DNA from: Dimorphilus gyrociliatus | Taxonomy: Eukaryota; Animalia; Annelida | NCBI GenBank assembly: GCA_904063045.1 | Contig: CAJFCJ010000026.1 | Coordinates: 784,964 to 848,963 of the forward strand | Direction of reading: 5' to 3' | DNA length: 64,000 nt | Part shown: in pieces, positions 25,125-38,699 of the stretch | Position numbering within the stretch: position 1 is the first letter of the stretch | Layout: each line of letters begins with the position of its first letter | The notes under the pieces: generated by a model | What the model was told of the DNA's origin: nothing | Databases searched by the model: none | The model's input: only the letters and a program-made list of their open reading frames with translations | Program-made: the position numbers and the translations under genes

Positions 25125-26500
25125 AGATATTTACCTTTTTATAGATATTGCAAATCATACAATTCCAGTCTTTGCCACTTTCTTCGATTATCAGGTCGAG
25201 GTATCTGTAATTATTCCATACATTAGATTATAGTTTGTAAAAGAGTTAACACAAAATCCACTACTGTATTACTTAGTTAACCGATTCTTGCAAGTGCTTT
25301 GAGTATCGTTTTTTTACTTATTAGATTGATATCACAAACCAAACAATTTATTATAAATCTTATTATTATTCAAATATTCCAAATTATATTAATCAATAAT
25401 CTACAATGTTGCACTTTCTGTCAATTCAAAGCCAATTGTACAATGTCGATATACCGTGTAATCAATGTAACGGTCATTGCAAAAACGATCATGTATGAAA
25501 AATAAGTAACAAAAATCAATATTTGAAGAAATGTGTACTTACTAAAAATTATAATCTTTGCAAATTGACGAAAATGATCAATTTTAGTCAAATTATTAAT
25601 AACCAAAAACCACTTATTATATTTCTCAAAATTCAAAATAACGCAATTTCTTAATAATTAATATTTCGCAACAAAAATTATAAACTGGTATAAAGTGTAT
25701 TACTGAAAATAGTTCCACCTCTTTTCCGAAATGCGGTGTCTCGAAACTTCTATTTTCTTTTTTCGACTTTTCCTTTTTAAATGATGACTTATGTTCAATC
25801 TTTGATAATCGTTAGGAAACAATTGTAACTTTATCGTGAAGTAATACATAAACAATATTTGATTTATAAAAAAAGAATCGGAATTTCAATAGTCAATTTA
25901 GTCTATATAAATAAATTGATTGAATAATTCTAAATAACAAACTATTGAATATTAACAACAAGACTTGTCATTTATTAAAATGTCAATATTTATTTTTACA
26001 TTTGAAATAAACCGCTAATAATACTATGAATATTTCGTGATATGAAATTAAAACCCGGTAGAATATTAAAATCGAAAGTAATCCTACCTCTTATCAAAAA
26101 TATGGTGTCTTAAAAGTTCAACGTTCGGCGTGCTTTCTTCAACAAAAAGTTTAAAGTAATACGTAACGAAGTCTTCGGTAAATAATTTTCATTAAAACAA
26201 AAATTCATATTCTTTAGAGAGATCATTCTGGGAGGAATTGAATTATATGAATAATTATGGTTTATGCAAGTTGACTCGAAACGAACTGAAGAGAGCGTTA
26301 TTAGGAAAGAGAATAACATATGTTGCAGTTTTGCAAAGAATTGTAAAGAAATCGAATGTAAGCGTCAATAAAAGAGGACTGATATACTGTACATATTAGT
26401 ATCTTATGATAAAAGTCTATCATATTGTGTATATATATGCAGTGAGAGACGAATCTTTTCGTGCCATACTTAGTTTTAGCGTTTTCTACTAACTTTTCTC
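25125..26500 (+). repeat. Segmental duplication block B, copy 1 (partner ~44416-45783)
   Basis: Near-identical from ~25200 to 26215 (offset ~19290), more diverged at both edges. Confidence 0.92.
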
Positions 26501-26879
26501 CCTTAGCTAATCGAAATAACTATGTTTTAGATTTGAAGACATTAGAAATTTATTTCAGTTTCCTTACGAAACAATGAAAAATTTCTTTAAAAATATTGTG
26601 TGATTAATTGATAATTTTTTCCTATACCCTTTGTATTTCACGAAAATGAAAAACAATTCAAATGAATGTTTTTTTTTCTATTTTTTTATGTAAATAGTGT
26701 TTACTTTTTATTTTTATATAGAGTTGTTATATTTTTAATTTAAAGCCGTTTTTTTGCAGTATTCCGATTGATTCGTCAGTCCAGAGACTCATGATGAAGC
26801 TTTTTCATCTCTTCCTTTCTCTTTCTGTTAAACTATTCAAGACATGGAGTAATGGACCGAGCTTCCAAGCCTGATTACT

Positions 26880-27930
26880 ATTAGATTTATTCAATATATT
26901 CACTACAGTAATTATCAAGCTACACTTCGAGCAGTCCGGATAAGGCTGGCTGAAATACTTTATCCTAATTCCACTGTGTCCGGAATAAGAAGGGTCTCTT
27001 TAAAAAATACAGAATATGTTGCTTAAGAAACTACAAGGAATAATTAACGAATGGCTAATTTTCTAGCAAAATTCGTTGGTCAATTTCAATATTGCGCCCT
27101 CGACTTAATGACTCCCATCTGCCATATCCCTAAAGATCAAGAGCTATAAATATTGGAAATAATCGTTAGTAAATATCTGATGTGGAAATTCAATTCTCCA
27201 TACTCCCGACACAAGAAGGAAATAATAGAATATCTTATTGGACTTATAAAAACACTATTATCTACATCTGAGCTGAAACTATATTTGCAATGTACCTTAA
27301 AATCTATCAGACTCATGGTTTCGGTTATTAAAAGCAATATGAACCAAAGACCTATAAGCTTATATATGATTTAGGCGAACTGATCGTGATGTCACCCATC
27401 AATTTAAAATACTAAAAATTTCCATGGAAAACGACAAATATGACCCAGCAACGGTTATTGAGAAACGTCAACAACTGAGGAAGAGGTGCTTTTACTAAAT
27501 TTTTCAATAACTTCGCGAAACGAAGAAAATGACGCAAAGGCCAGTAAAAATCGATCTTAACAATAGACCAGTTAGTACTATACCTAGATTAACAGGCGAT
27601 ACATGGATTCGATCTTGTATCAATAGTCCGACAGATATCCGAATGAACCTGTGAGATTACACTGCACATGCGGGGTCGAAGGACGCATCATAGGCATAAT
27701 CATCCCCTGACTCTTGAGCGAATCTCTTTTCTTTCCTTCTCCCTCGGCCAGTGTAGTCGTTGACCATTACGGCAGAATGAATTACGTCGCCGATGATTCC
27801 AATATTTTAACATTACGTTCTAAAATTTAAATCTCGGCCTCTATCATCTCTACCACACGTAACTATTTTCAAATTATACAGTATATTTACAGTATCCATG
27901 TATTACATTGATGAATGAACTTTTCAAACA
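26880..27930 (+). mobile_element. Decayed BEL/Pao integrase 3' end plus partial LTR (LTR starts 27752)
   Basis: Aligns with 52000-53100 (QFQYCALD, WKFNSPYS, C-terminal domain); CTCGGCCAG|TGTAGTCGTTGACC matches the LTR junction at 52997. Confidence 0.8.
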
Positions 27931-27934
27931 GCTG

Positions 27935-28605
27935 AAAACAATTGAATATTTTCTCATATTTTACTTTCTTTTACAGTGTTTCTAAAAAGAAATGTTTCGA
28001 ATTTGATCTCTGTTAAGGAATGATGGCAAGCAAAGTGGCGTAAATGTTACGTCTCAAAAACTGTAGAACACGGATGTGTTGAAAATTTGCTTGAAAATCT
28101 TTATAGTCGATGAGAAAAATTGTCTTCAAGTGCATTTCTTTCCTTCTTGTTGGCGTGATTGAAAAGCTTGAAAAGCCTATGGAAATATGTGAGATGTATG
28201 TAGACGAAGGGAGGCTTTGTTGTGAAAAGTTGTGATGGAATATGGAGTTTATTACGCATACCAAAAATCTATAACAAAGATACCATTTCGATGATGTTGC
28301 CCCATCACACTATTATCTTTTTGGGAAGTTTTCCGATTTATGAGGATGACATAGATCATTACCTTATAGCCTCAGATCCCACACCAGTTTCGAAACTTGG
28401 CAATATTTAACAACAGTTCCATGGACTATTATTGCCTAATTACGCCTGTAAATCAAATATTTCTCCATCCAGAGATTATCTTTGTTGATTAATTACAATA
28501 AAATTACAATAATAAGGATGAAGAGAAAGAGGCCTTAAAAACATTTTTTTGGAGTGTGAAAGAGAGGTGATATTGTAATATTACTAAACAAGACGCAGTT
28601 GACAT
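27935..28605 (+). pseudogene. Decayed copy of an unidentified multi-copy protein family
   Basis: Broken frames LLRNDGK..DVLKICLKIFIVDEKN..HFFPSCW, IEKLEKPMEICEMYVDEG and KDTISMMLPHHTIIFLGSFPIYEDD have codon-aligned homologues at 30.8, 32.7, 33.4, 46.5-47.9 and 53.3-54.0 kb. Confidence 0.55.
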
Positions 28606-28608
28606 TTG

Positions 28609-30032
28609 CAGTGCTGAAAAAATTGTTTCGTACGACTGACTGTTTTGTAAGAGCTATTTGAAAGGTAAATTTGACTATAATATAGGAAATTTTGTCTAGT
28701 TTTCAAGTAATTTTCAGATTCTTTCTACCTCCATATGCCCCCCTATAAAATATGATCTACGAGTAGTTTTTTACAAATACTCAATGAATATGATAGGCAT
28801 AAACTGTATAATAACAATAGGCTAGTGTGAAAAGAACATTTGAAGGTGGTGTATAGTCAAGAAATTAAGAGTTTAAATAAAAAATAACACGAAGAAGGAT
28901 TATCCTACAGGAAGACTTTAGAATTATTGAAAATTCCAAAGTCTTCAATTCAATACATTTTGAAGCCAACTAATTTAAAAAGTGGAGGTGTCGGTAGACC
29001 AAGATCTCTTTCAAATAGAGATAGAACCCTCATGAAGAGGGAGATAAATAAATTGAAAGAAGAGAAACAGAGGGTTACGAGTACAAACCTGGCATTCAAC
29101 TCCAACCTAACAGTATCAAAGAAGTGCAATCCCTCAGAATCCCCCTTTAAAGAAGAAAAATAGACTTAAACGAGTAGAAATATGTAGAGCCTGGTTCAAA
29201 AATATATAGACTTGGACAAAATAATCATCTCTGATGAGTGTAGATTTAGTTTAGATGCACCAGACAATTTTCAAGCGTGGCAGTTCAATCCAGAAAAAGA
29301 AAATTTGAGAAGTAAACATTCAATGGGTGGTGGAGGAGTCATGATCTGGGGATGTATGGAGCCAGATGGTTTCTTGCATATTTCTGGAATTGAAAAAAAG
29401 TGCACTAATGGATGGTACTTGGCCATGGTAATGCCATTCCTAAAAAAAAAGATATGGGAAGAATTTCATTTTCTAGCAAGACAATGCGCCTTGCCACAAG
29501 GCCAAAATTGTCCTAAAATATTTTGAGACTGGAAAGTTCAAAGTCTTACCTTGGCCAGCTTACTCCCCAAATCTCTCTCCTATAGAGAATGTATGACATA
29601 TGTTAAAGAACCTGGTGTACGATGGCCCATAATTTAATAAAAAGGAAACTTTGCGGAGGTGTATCCAAGAAAAAGTCGAAGCATTAAATAAAAGACGGAG
29701 GAGGGATTTAATTACCTTTCATAATTCACTGCTAAAGAGAGGACTGGACTGTATTTAAAAAAAATGGCTTGAAGCTAAAATATTAATATTTGTAAATGTA
29801 TGCTTAATTAAAAAATGTATAAAATATGGGGGGGGCATACAGAAAATTGGCTTGACTTTTCCAAATAATTTGTAAACTAGGAGAGGTGGAAAGTATCTGA
29901 AAATTACTTATAAAACTAGACAAAATTTCCAATATTATAGTCAATTTTTTTTTAAAAAAATGCTATTGATTACCCTTTAAAATAGCCCTTACAAAAAAAA
30001 GTCGGTCATAAGAAACAATTCTTTCAGCACTG
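28609..30032 (+). mobile_element. Tc1/Tc3-like DNA transposon (DD34E) with imperfect TIRs, ~1.42 kb, transposase disrupted
   Basis: Left end CAGTGCTGAAA (28609) and right end TTTCAGCACTG followed by TA (30032); more than 100 bp of imperfect inverted repeats; transposase pieces GRPRSLS, IIISDECRFSLDAPD, GGGGVMIWG, QDNAPCH-(34 aa D-to-E)-SPNLSPIE. Confidence 0.88.
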
Positions 30033-30036
30033 TATT

Positions 30037-30723
30037 ATGCCTAAAGTGTCTGTAGAATTGATACTACCCTTTATCGTAAGGAAAATGCTTATTTCCTACT
30101 ACAAAAGCCAGTCAATTGTAAAATATCTCAACTGGAAATTCAACTCCCCTTACTCTCCACACAAAATGGGGGTCGTCGAAAGAATAATCGACCTGATAAA
30201 GGAACGACAACGCCTGAACGCGAAATGCTGCACGGAATTGTTCAATAAGATACACAATAGAACCAAATGGTATGAAAACAGGTATAAGATGAACATACAA
30301 CTCGGCGACCTCGTTCTATACCTGGACCAAAGATCTATGTATAAGTTAAATTTGGGATACATCACACGCAAAGTCGCGGAGCATACCTTCGAGATTGACA
30401 CTGGACGCAGCAATATCGAGAGAGACGCAAGAGATATAATTCCCTACTTAACAAAAGAGTCTCTTTCTGTGCCTCTCTCTTCGGCGATGAGCCCAACGAC
30501 TAGTCTTGACTACGTGCCATCCTCATACCTTACGATTCTACGTTACGTTATTATTATTTTAAATGTCCTATCTAAGACAATAACATTTTTTCTATGTCAT
30601 TCATCCGCAACACATCTACCTTTAATTATCATTTAAGATTACTAGTATAAACCTTCACGCGTTATATTAGTAAAAGTCGAAGAATAGCAATAGCGTACGA
30701 TCGTAGTTCATTCAACGACTACA
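30037..30723 (+). mobile_element. BEL/Pao integrase C-terminal fragment plus decayed LTR (ends ...CAACGACTACA at 30723)
   Basis: WKFNSPYSPHKMGVVERII, KCCTELFN, ERDARDIIPYL closely parallel the 50523-53021 ORF; LTR end matches 53215-53224. Confidence 0.85.
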
Positions 30724-31072
30724 CTATAACATATCTCTTGATAATTAAGAAGAGGAACGATAATATGTAAATTATATTCATTGAGAATATTGAGAAATCT
30801 ATAGGAATATTTGAGAATTATGCAGAGGAAGGAAACGCTTTGTTGTCAAAAATTGTGATGGAATTTGAAAAATGGTGTTTTTTCATGAACCAGAAACAAA
30901 GAGAGCTTCAAAATAATAACCAATGTTGAACGACCATCAAAATAAGTAAAGGAAGCTAAATATTTAGAACAACTAATGGTCAGTTTCTTTTTTGTGATAG
31001 GAAAGCTATTTATTATATTCCGATAATTAAACAGAAGTTAACGCAAAAAAGAATGAATAGAGCCGAACGCAA

Positions 31073-31414
31073 TAAATAATTGCATGTTCTATTCGGAAAA
31101 AGAGTGTCCCGAAATGCTTCCTGCTTTTTTACAATAGTGACGGAAAAAAATTATAGAATTATATCTAAAATGTATCAATAAAATCAATACTCTATCTGAC
31201 ATTCTTTGATCGTTAAAAAGCGAAGGATAATACGCAAATTAAATTAATTCAACAGGACGATATTAGGAATAGGAAATCACGAGGTATTATACAATTACAA
31301 ACAAATGTATTTCACTTCCTAAAATTAATTTAACCAACAGAGAATGAAAGAAAATACGAGACAGCTGAATATATGTTTTTTAAACAATTAAATCAATACG
31401 ATAACATGAGGAAA
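31073..31414 (+). repeat. Duplication block C, copy 1 (partner 46161-46502)
   Basis: 342 bp apparently identical, offset 15088. Confidence 0.93.
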
Positions 31415-31416
31415 GA

Positions 31417-32500
31417 CAGTACCGATACCCTATTTTTGGCCACTGGGCTATTTTCTATAATAATTAAGATTTTTTTCTTCAACATTAATTTGACAATGCA
31501 ATAATATAACATGGAGATTGTCATTTTGTAATCAACAGATTCTACTAGTTCAATTTTTTTATTTCACTCTTTTAATAACAAAAAATTTTAAAAAAGCTGA
31601 AAATTTCAAGAGGATCTGTCCAGTATATCATTAAAAAGTATAAAAAGCATGGAACGATAAATAACTTGTCAAAATTATGCACCCCAAAGATTCTGACAGA
31701 CAGGGAGGAGAGAAAAATCTGTCAGATCTCAAAAAAGAATCTTTTTTTCACGGCAAGGAATGTCGTTGACCATTCAGGACTGGCTTCGAAATATCCTTAT
31801 CCACCTGCAAAAAGGTTCTACAAAAGAATAAGCTAAGAGGCTTTGTTGCCAGCTCTAAAGCCTTCCCATGCAAGAAACCGGAAGCTATTTTGTGAAAAGA
31901 TGCTGAGCAAGAGTCAAGAGGAGGTAAACAATATCATCTTTTCCAACGAGACTCGAATAGAACTGTATCCAAAAAGGAGAATTTGGGTACGCAGGAGCGG
32001 GAGCAGTAGCAAACGATATGACCCCAAATTCATAAAAAAGCCATTAAAACAGCAAATGTTTCTATTTCCATATGGGGATGTATAAAGGCAGATGGGACAA
32101 GGTCAATGAAATTGTACGATGGCTATATGAACAGTAGCTTGTATCAAGAAATTATCATAGAGAAGCTTCTTCCGATATACACTGAGGATAATCTGCTTAT
32201 GCAGGATGGTACAAAGTGTCACACATCGGTTTCAACTATGAGGTTTATGAGGAGGAACAAAATAAAAGTTTTAGGCGACTGGCCTTCTAGAAGCCCAGAA
32301 CTAAATGTGATTGAAAACTTGTGGGCGTATTTGAAAAATCGCTTGCCAAACCATGTCCTAGAGACAAAAGAAGATTTGTGGAAGGCAGTAGAAGAGGAGT
32401 TTCATAAAATTCCAAATTGATATATCCGAAACTTATATAAAAGTTTTCACAGGAGACTCAGACTTTGTATCAGAAATAAAGGTTATAATATCAGGTACTA
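31417..32500 (+). mobile_element. Tc1-like transposon, DD35E spacing, frameshifted
   Basis: Starts CAGTACCGAT; KISRGSVQYIIKKYKKHGTINNL..PKILTDREERKI HTH; NIIFSNETRIELY; MQDGTKCH..WPSRSPELNVIENLW with 35 residues between D and E. Confidence 0.88.
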
Positions 32501-32598
32501 AAGAAAGAGTAAATTGATTATTTGAAGTATTATAGGTTATACGTTAACAAATTGTAAAAAAAAACATATTTCCTACCTTTTCTCAAGAATTTTTTAAT

Positions 32599-33290
32599 AA
32601 ATATGTCAATCGAATTACACCTATTGCTGTAATTCATTGATAGTTATAAAGTCGAATGATGGTACGCATAAAAATTAATAAACCTTCCCTCGAAAATGAC
32701 CTATTTTATTGATATTAGGAATAGGAATCACACCGAAAGGTACAATTACTGTAATTCTGCCACTTCAGATTACTGTCGGCTTTGGAAAGTTTTCGGATTG
32801 ATGAGGATGAATTTGAGCAATTTTCTTTAAATGAACAAAGCCATTAAAACTGGAAGAATACACGAATTAACAAGTAAATTGTGCGTGATGTTATGATGAC
32901 AGATACAAAAGAATTAATGCTGTATCTGTGATCTAACATGACGAAATCCACTGATGATACAACAAACGAAGATATGATTTGACGCAAACCTGTTGCACTT
33001 GAACAGTATCTTCCCTTAAATAAGAGTAGCAGACCTAAAAATACGATCTTTCCGAATACCAAAAAGGAAAGGATACCTATCTACGCTAGTTTAAGCCTCT
33101 GGTAATTTTGCTAATCACAGAATGTTAGCCCTTGTTGACACTGGTGTTACTCCCTAATAAGTCGTCGATTTTTCCTGCAAACCGAATCAATGTACAGCGA
33201 TGAATGCACGTTAACAACGATTTCCAAGCCATCTTAACCGAGAACGTAAAGTTTATCTTTTTTGTATTGTGTAGAAACTGCGATGTTTAC
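32599..33290 (+). repeat. Duplication block D, copy 1 (partner 47925-48616); contains unknown-family module plus BEL gag/protease remnant
   Basis: 692 bp apparently identical, offset 15326; ALVDTG and HVNNDFQAI parallel ALLDTG and YVNNDFQTI of the 49043-49900 ORF. Confidence 0.92.
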
Positions 33291-33881
33291 GCATATATTG
33301 TTGATTCTTCACCTTTGATGCAAAGTCAGCTAGCTATATACTGTATATTCACAGAAGATGAAGATGAATTAGGACAAGGAATCATACGGAAAGATACAAT
33401 TTCTATGGTTTTGGCCCATCAAACTACACTGATTTTGGGAAGCTTTCCGGTTGATGAGGATGCAGTTCAGCCTTTTTTTATAATGAGCAACGCCTGCCTA
33501 AAAATTGGGATAATTAAAGTGATAATTTATTAAATTGAGGTAGAAATTGCACTCTTAAATATTGTAACTAACTTGTTTTTCAAAGCAGAGTTAATTGATG
33601 GAGTAGGAATGAGGATAAATAATGTTATTCAGGGAGATAGAACATCTCTATAACCATAGAAGCAACAGAATCTTTAAAAGAAATATTTAAGATTTTTATG
33701 ATTAGAAATAAGACAAGGATCGTGAAAATTGAAGAATATTTCTCATCTTTTCAATAAAGCATAGATGAATATGTAGTATAGTCTTTACTAAAATAATTTA
33801 GACAATACCACCTATTCATTTTGGTTGTTTTAGAACAATCAACTAGTGTTTACGTGGAAGATAAATAAGAAAATGTTATTT

Positions 33882-34245
33882 AAAGAGTTTTATTAAAAGT
33901 GTGATTACTTTGTATTGATGTATTGATGACACAACGTCAATTTTACGGATGAATTGAAATTGAATGGAAAGGGACCTAGTAATCCTTTTACTAAGAGATA
34001 TTGTATCTACGATACTGAAATCATATGGAAAAGATTTTCGAATGAATGAAAGATTTCTCTTGTATTGTTGTTAAGCCCAGGTTAAAAGGCGATGATTGAT
34101 AGCCTGTTAAGTGAATGTTACATAATTGCAAACTTAAAGGACATAATGCCGCAAGGAAACCTGCTCTAAAGGCATGCCATGGAAGAAAGAGGAAAATGTT
34201 TTGTTAGAATATGCTGGACAAGTCACAAGATGATATTAAGGAAAT
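33882..34245 (+). repeat. Inverted duplicate of 19214-19577 (chimeric Tc3-like + Tc1 fragments)
   Basis: 364 bp reverse-complement match, apparently identical. Confidence 0.93.
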
Positions 34246-34299
34246 TATTTGTTCAGATGAAGCTAAGAATGTTTTTCCTTAACATTTATATAATGTATA

Positions 34300-34808
34300 C
34301 AGTACGGATGACCTAATTGAAGCACTACTGTATTGTTTTATAAAAGTAACTATTTTTTTGACTCTGATATTAGTAAGATATTTTTGAACATAACTTATCT
34401 ATGTTAAAGCAGAAAATTAGTAAGTTTTTGTAAATGTCCTCTAAATTGGCCGGACAACAAAAAGACCCGTTATTTCTTATACACAGTCGAAGTATTTTTA
34501 AAACTTTTATATAAGTTTTTTATATACCAATTAGGTATTTTTTGAAACTCATCCTCCACTGCTGTCCACAAATCATGCTTGTTGTTTATATTATGTTTTG
34601 GTATACGATTTTTTACGTAAGCCCATAAATTTTCGATTATGTTGAGCTCAGGGCTGTTGGCTGGCCAATCTTTCAGTACTTTTATATTTTCTTTTCTTAA
34701 AAATTTAGATGTTGAGGCCAAAGTATGGCACTTTGCTCCATCTTGCATTAATCTTCCATCTTTCTCATACATTTTCCGATTGCAATGTCTATAGTCGGCA
34801 TTTTGCAT
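34300..34808 (-). mobile_element. Tc1-like transposon 3' half (DD35E) with terminal CAGTACGGAT next to TA
   Basis: MQDGAKCH..WPANSPELNIIENLW (35 aa between D and E), DLWTAVEDEFQKIPNWYIKNLY; terminus at 34300 resembles 31417. Confidence 0.85.
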
Positions 34809-34879
34809 GTAAATGAAGCATTAACATACTTACTGGGGGATGAAACAATAGAAAATTATATTTTTCCCACAGAATTCAC

Positions 34880-35210
34880 AATGTGCTTCAGCAAAAATGC
34901 TGACCGGCAAATTTAGAGGATATTTACAAGAACTTAACTAACCCTAACCCCAAGACCTAACCCTTACAGAGGAAGGAACGTAGAATTGATTCTAGGTCTT
35001 CCTTTGATACATTTTATTTATAGATTTGCTATACTTGAACAGGTTATCCTCTAAATTGGCGTAGAATAACAGTAACGAATACCTGATCTTAAGGTTACAA
35101 CTGCCGAATATCAGGAATAGGTGTAACAACCACTTGCGACCTACGTCTTTTTCAAAGCGCCATAGCTCCTAAACGGCTGGGCCGATTTGGCTCAAATTTT
35201 GTACAGAGAT
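34880..35210 (-). mobile_element. Non-autonomous interspersed repeat, copy 2 (inverted relative to 3300-3655)
   Basis: Shared motifs listed for copy 1, plus TAACCCTAACCC at the left end. Confidence 0.45.
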
Positions 35211-35869
35211 TGGTTCGTACCAAATTTCAAACTCACTTGATAAAGGGTTAATTAACCCGAAATATTATGAGTGATTTTAATTGGAGATATTGTTATATAT
35301 TGCAATACAGGTTCTCTTCAACTGTTGAAAAGACAAAAAAGACTTGGTCAATTTAGTAATGATGAATTAAGATGAATTTATCTATATGAATTATGCTTTT
35401 GAAGAGAATCTGACCAATTTGGATGCATAGAGTTTTAGTGCTAGCGTTATGGTCAACGACTACACAGTTATAAGAAAAAAAAAGACAAAAGAAACCGATA
35501 TATGCTTATGATCTTGAGGCAGTGTGGATGTATATGAGAGAAGAATGAATGAGAGTGTGTCATGTATTGAGACAGGCCAGGCGACTCGGGTTCATATCAT
35601 TGTCGGGCAGCTTGACGTAATATCACGTCACAGATGAGATCAAGTCGAACCAAACGATGTGGCTCAAACGTGGCACCTCAAAAAATGGGCAGAGTCAAAG
35701 ACCCAGTTGAAAGATACAAAAAAATATGTAGACAAGACTGAGAATAGCAGCGCAAATGGAACGTATTTTTCAAATGATTGATTCTACCCAAACAGACTCG
35801 ACTAAAGAATCATGTAAAAGTTACACAAGAGATAGAACAATCTTCAACGGTCGAACTTTGAACATTTGA

Positions 35870-38300
35870 AAAATTCAAATTCATCAGAACCGAGAAAATG
35901 ACGGAACGCTATACACAAATGAGAGACGAAATGACGAATGCTCCTCATCATACAAATTCAACTCCAGAATTGATATACTGAGAAATAAGCAAATTACTCC
36001 GTCTGAAAAGTTCAATGGCGTTAATTATCGGAACTTTCGAAGGAATATTATCGTTCCCTTATCAGAAGTCAACACCGATGATTCCGAAAGATAACAGATT
36101 CTAAAGCGGTGAATAGTGAATGTAGCAGCATATTACGATATGATTAATGACAAAGGCGGTAAGGAGAATTTTTCCGAAACCTCATTCATACTCTAGATTT
36201 AATCTATGGCGATACCTCCCTGAACGGAGGAAACCTAGTACAATAAATCCTCAACAAAACAAATACATTCCAACCTAATAATATCTCCGATTGGGTTGAG
36301 TTTAAAACACTTCTTGCGTTCCTGAAACTGCAACGCAAGATGAATCTCCAAATTCAGAGAGCAAGGCTAAAATTAGAAATCCACAAACTACATCATCTAG
36401 AAAATTAATGGTCCAACAAAAGCGACTTCTCCTAGCTCATCATCGAATACAAATTCGAAATGTCTATGTGTAGACAACCATACATGCTTAGCCTACTGTC
36501 CGTCCTATAAACGAATACAAATCTAGAGGGTAAAATGAGATTGGTTCAAACTCTAAATTGATGTCGTAATTGCTTACGAAAAACAGCTACCCATGTGATA
36601 TCTGTCCCCCCAAGTTCTATTGTAACAAATGTAATCAACCCAACCATACATCACTCCATCATAAGGACTCGACAATCCCAAGACCAACATTTCCTGTTAA
36701 TATCAATCAATCTGGCTATAACAATGATAGAATACCGATCTACGAAGTACAAGTTCCACGAGATTATTACTCTGATACAATGACGAATACATAAAAAGAA
36801 TCCAGACTCTATGCGACAACAAGTATGCCCGAACCAAGAAGTTAAATTTTACCTTCCTCACCACAGCGTTAACAACTCGAAAAAGGATTCCATTGAAAAC
36901 AGCCACCCCCCCCCCCTATCGGCTCAAGAGAAGGCTCTAATTTTCAAATCCTTCTATATGGATGACCTTATGCTCATAGGTAATAATGAGAGAGAGTTGG
37001 AGAATCTTGCCTATCGCCTACACGACAAACTTGCCGCCAAAGACTAACCCCTAACAAAATATACCACTAGTAGCCTATGGATCAGTTCAAACTCATATTT
37101 ACAAATTAATCTGATTGAAACTCTTATGAAGATTGCTGGCCTTACATACCATCCCGATTCAGACGATATGCGAGTCGAACTTACCCACTGGGAGCCCGAA
37201 CGTCAATTGACGAAACGTCACTTTCTACTCCTTTTTTGGATTTTTAGAACCAAATAAATTACGAATTAAAGTCTTAATTTCGTTATTTCATGGTTTGTCA
37301 TGAGGTCCATGACTGTCGCATTATCAACACTATTGCTGAAACTGCTGGCACTTATTCCAATTCTAGACGACTGCCCCTGCCGATGCTATCCACGTCTATG
37401 CTGACGCCTCGGACATAGCTTACATATGTTATCCACAATAACCATGGATTTCTCTTATCGTCATCTTCTCGCCTCTTCTCCACGTCAAGAGCAGAATTGA
37501 CGGCAGCGGTACGAGCAGCAAACTTTATAAAACCCTAAAATCAATATTTCCGCAATCACTTATCAGGGTATTCATAGACAGTAAAATCGTCCTAGAAAAA
37601 TCACTACTTGCCACTGAAAACAATACGGAATGGTGTTTTAACCGCCCCCCGCCCCCCCGGAAAACAACCCAGCTGACAAAATGACGAAGACGAGAAGGAT
37701 GAGAGAGGAGTGGATAGTATTTAAAACGAAAAATCAAGATGAATCAAACAAAGGAATCTATAAAAAGGATTCTGGCCCAATATGCGCTCTACAATGTCTT
37801 GGGTCTCAAGACTCTTTAATAATTGTCGTACACCATCGAAAGATAGGCTAAGAGATCCAAAGACAACAACATCCGAATTAGGCCGAGCCCAATGGGGTCC
37901 AGCTTTCTATGCCAATCGAGAGATTAATAAATTCGTATTCCCTTGCAAAGAGAGAGGACGGCATCTACACAACACTAGGGAGATCAGATAAACTGAGAGA
38001 CAAAAAGAAAATAATTGCGGATGATCGTCATTCCATTATCACAAAATTTATAAAATATATTCACTATGATTGTAATCATACATCTCTTAAAATAATTGAT
38101 TCAATCATATCCGACTCTGCTCTAACCTTTCGAAAATTATATCGAACAATAGATCAACACTACAAAACAAACAATCGAACGTCAAGTATCTGTCGTGGAA
38201 ATTTTTAGCTCCCCATATTCCTAATAGGTCTCATCAAAACGATGCTCTCAACAAGCGTGCCTCTACCTGAGAGACTGACTATAAGCCTTACGTCAAGGAT
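35870..38300 (+). mobile_element. Decayed, internally deleted BEL/Pao element (gag-RT-RNaseH-pre-integrase)
   Basis: Gag knuckles (CDICPP..CNKCNQPNHTSLHH), FYLPHHSV, KSFYMDDL, IHVYADASDIAY, MPIERLINSYSL; colinear with 48.6-52.1 kb but full of stops and deletions. Confidence 0.88.
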
Positions 38301-38699
38301 TTAATATTGTGTTTTTGGCTTAGAAGATATACGGGGAGATATTCTTGTTTATTTCCTAAAAATATGTTCTTCTCTCTCCTAATATCGCTCTCTTCATTTG
38401 GTTTCGAGCCAATCTGCAAATACTGCTTTTTCACAATCTAAAACGATATATTTTTGAAATCTGAACTTAAAATGTTATGTAGATCAATAAAATCACATCA
38501 TTCTTTTCAAAGGTTTCCTTAGAAGGACAATCATCATAGCTGTTCCATGTTCCATTATCATATTAATCATGCCCAGAGGATCGTAGACCTTTGAAATTAA
38601 TTATGCTTAATGCCTTCCTGTACATGCTCCCTCCCTTTAGGGTTAGGTCCAAGTTCCATTTAATTTTATCCTCTACAATGTCGTACTTCAACCACAATA

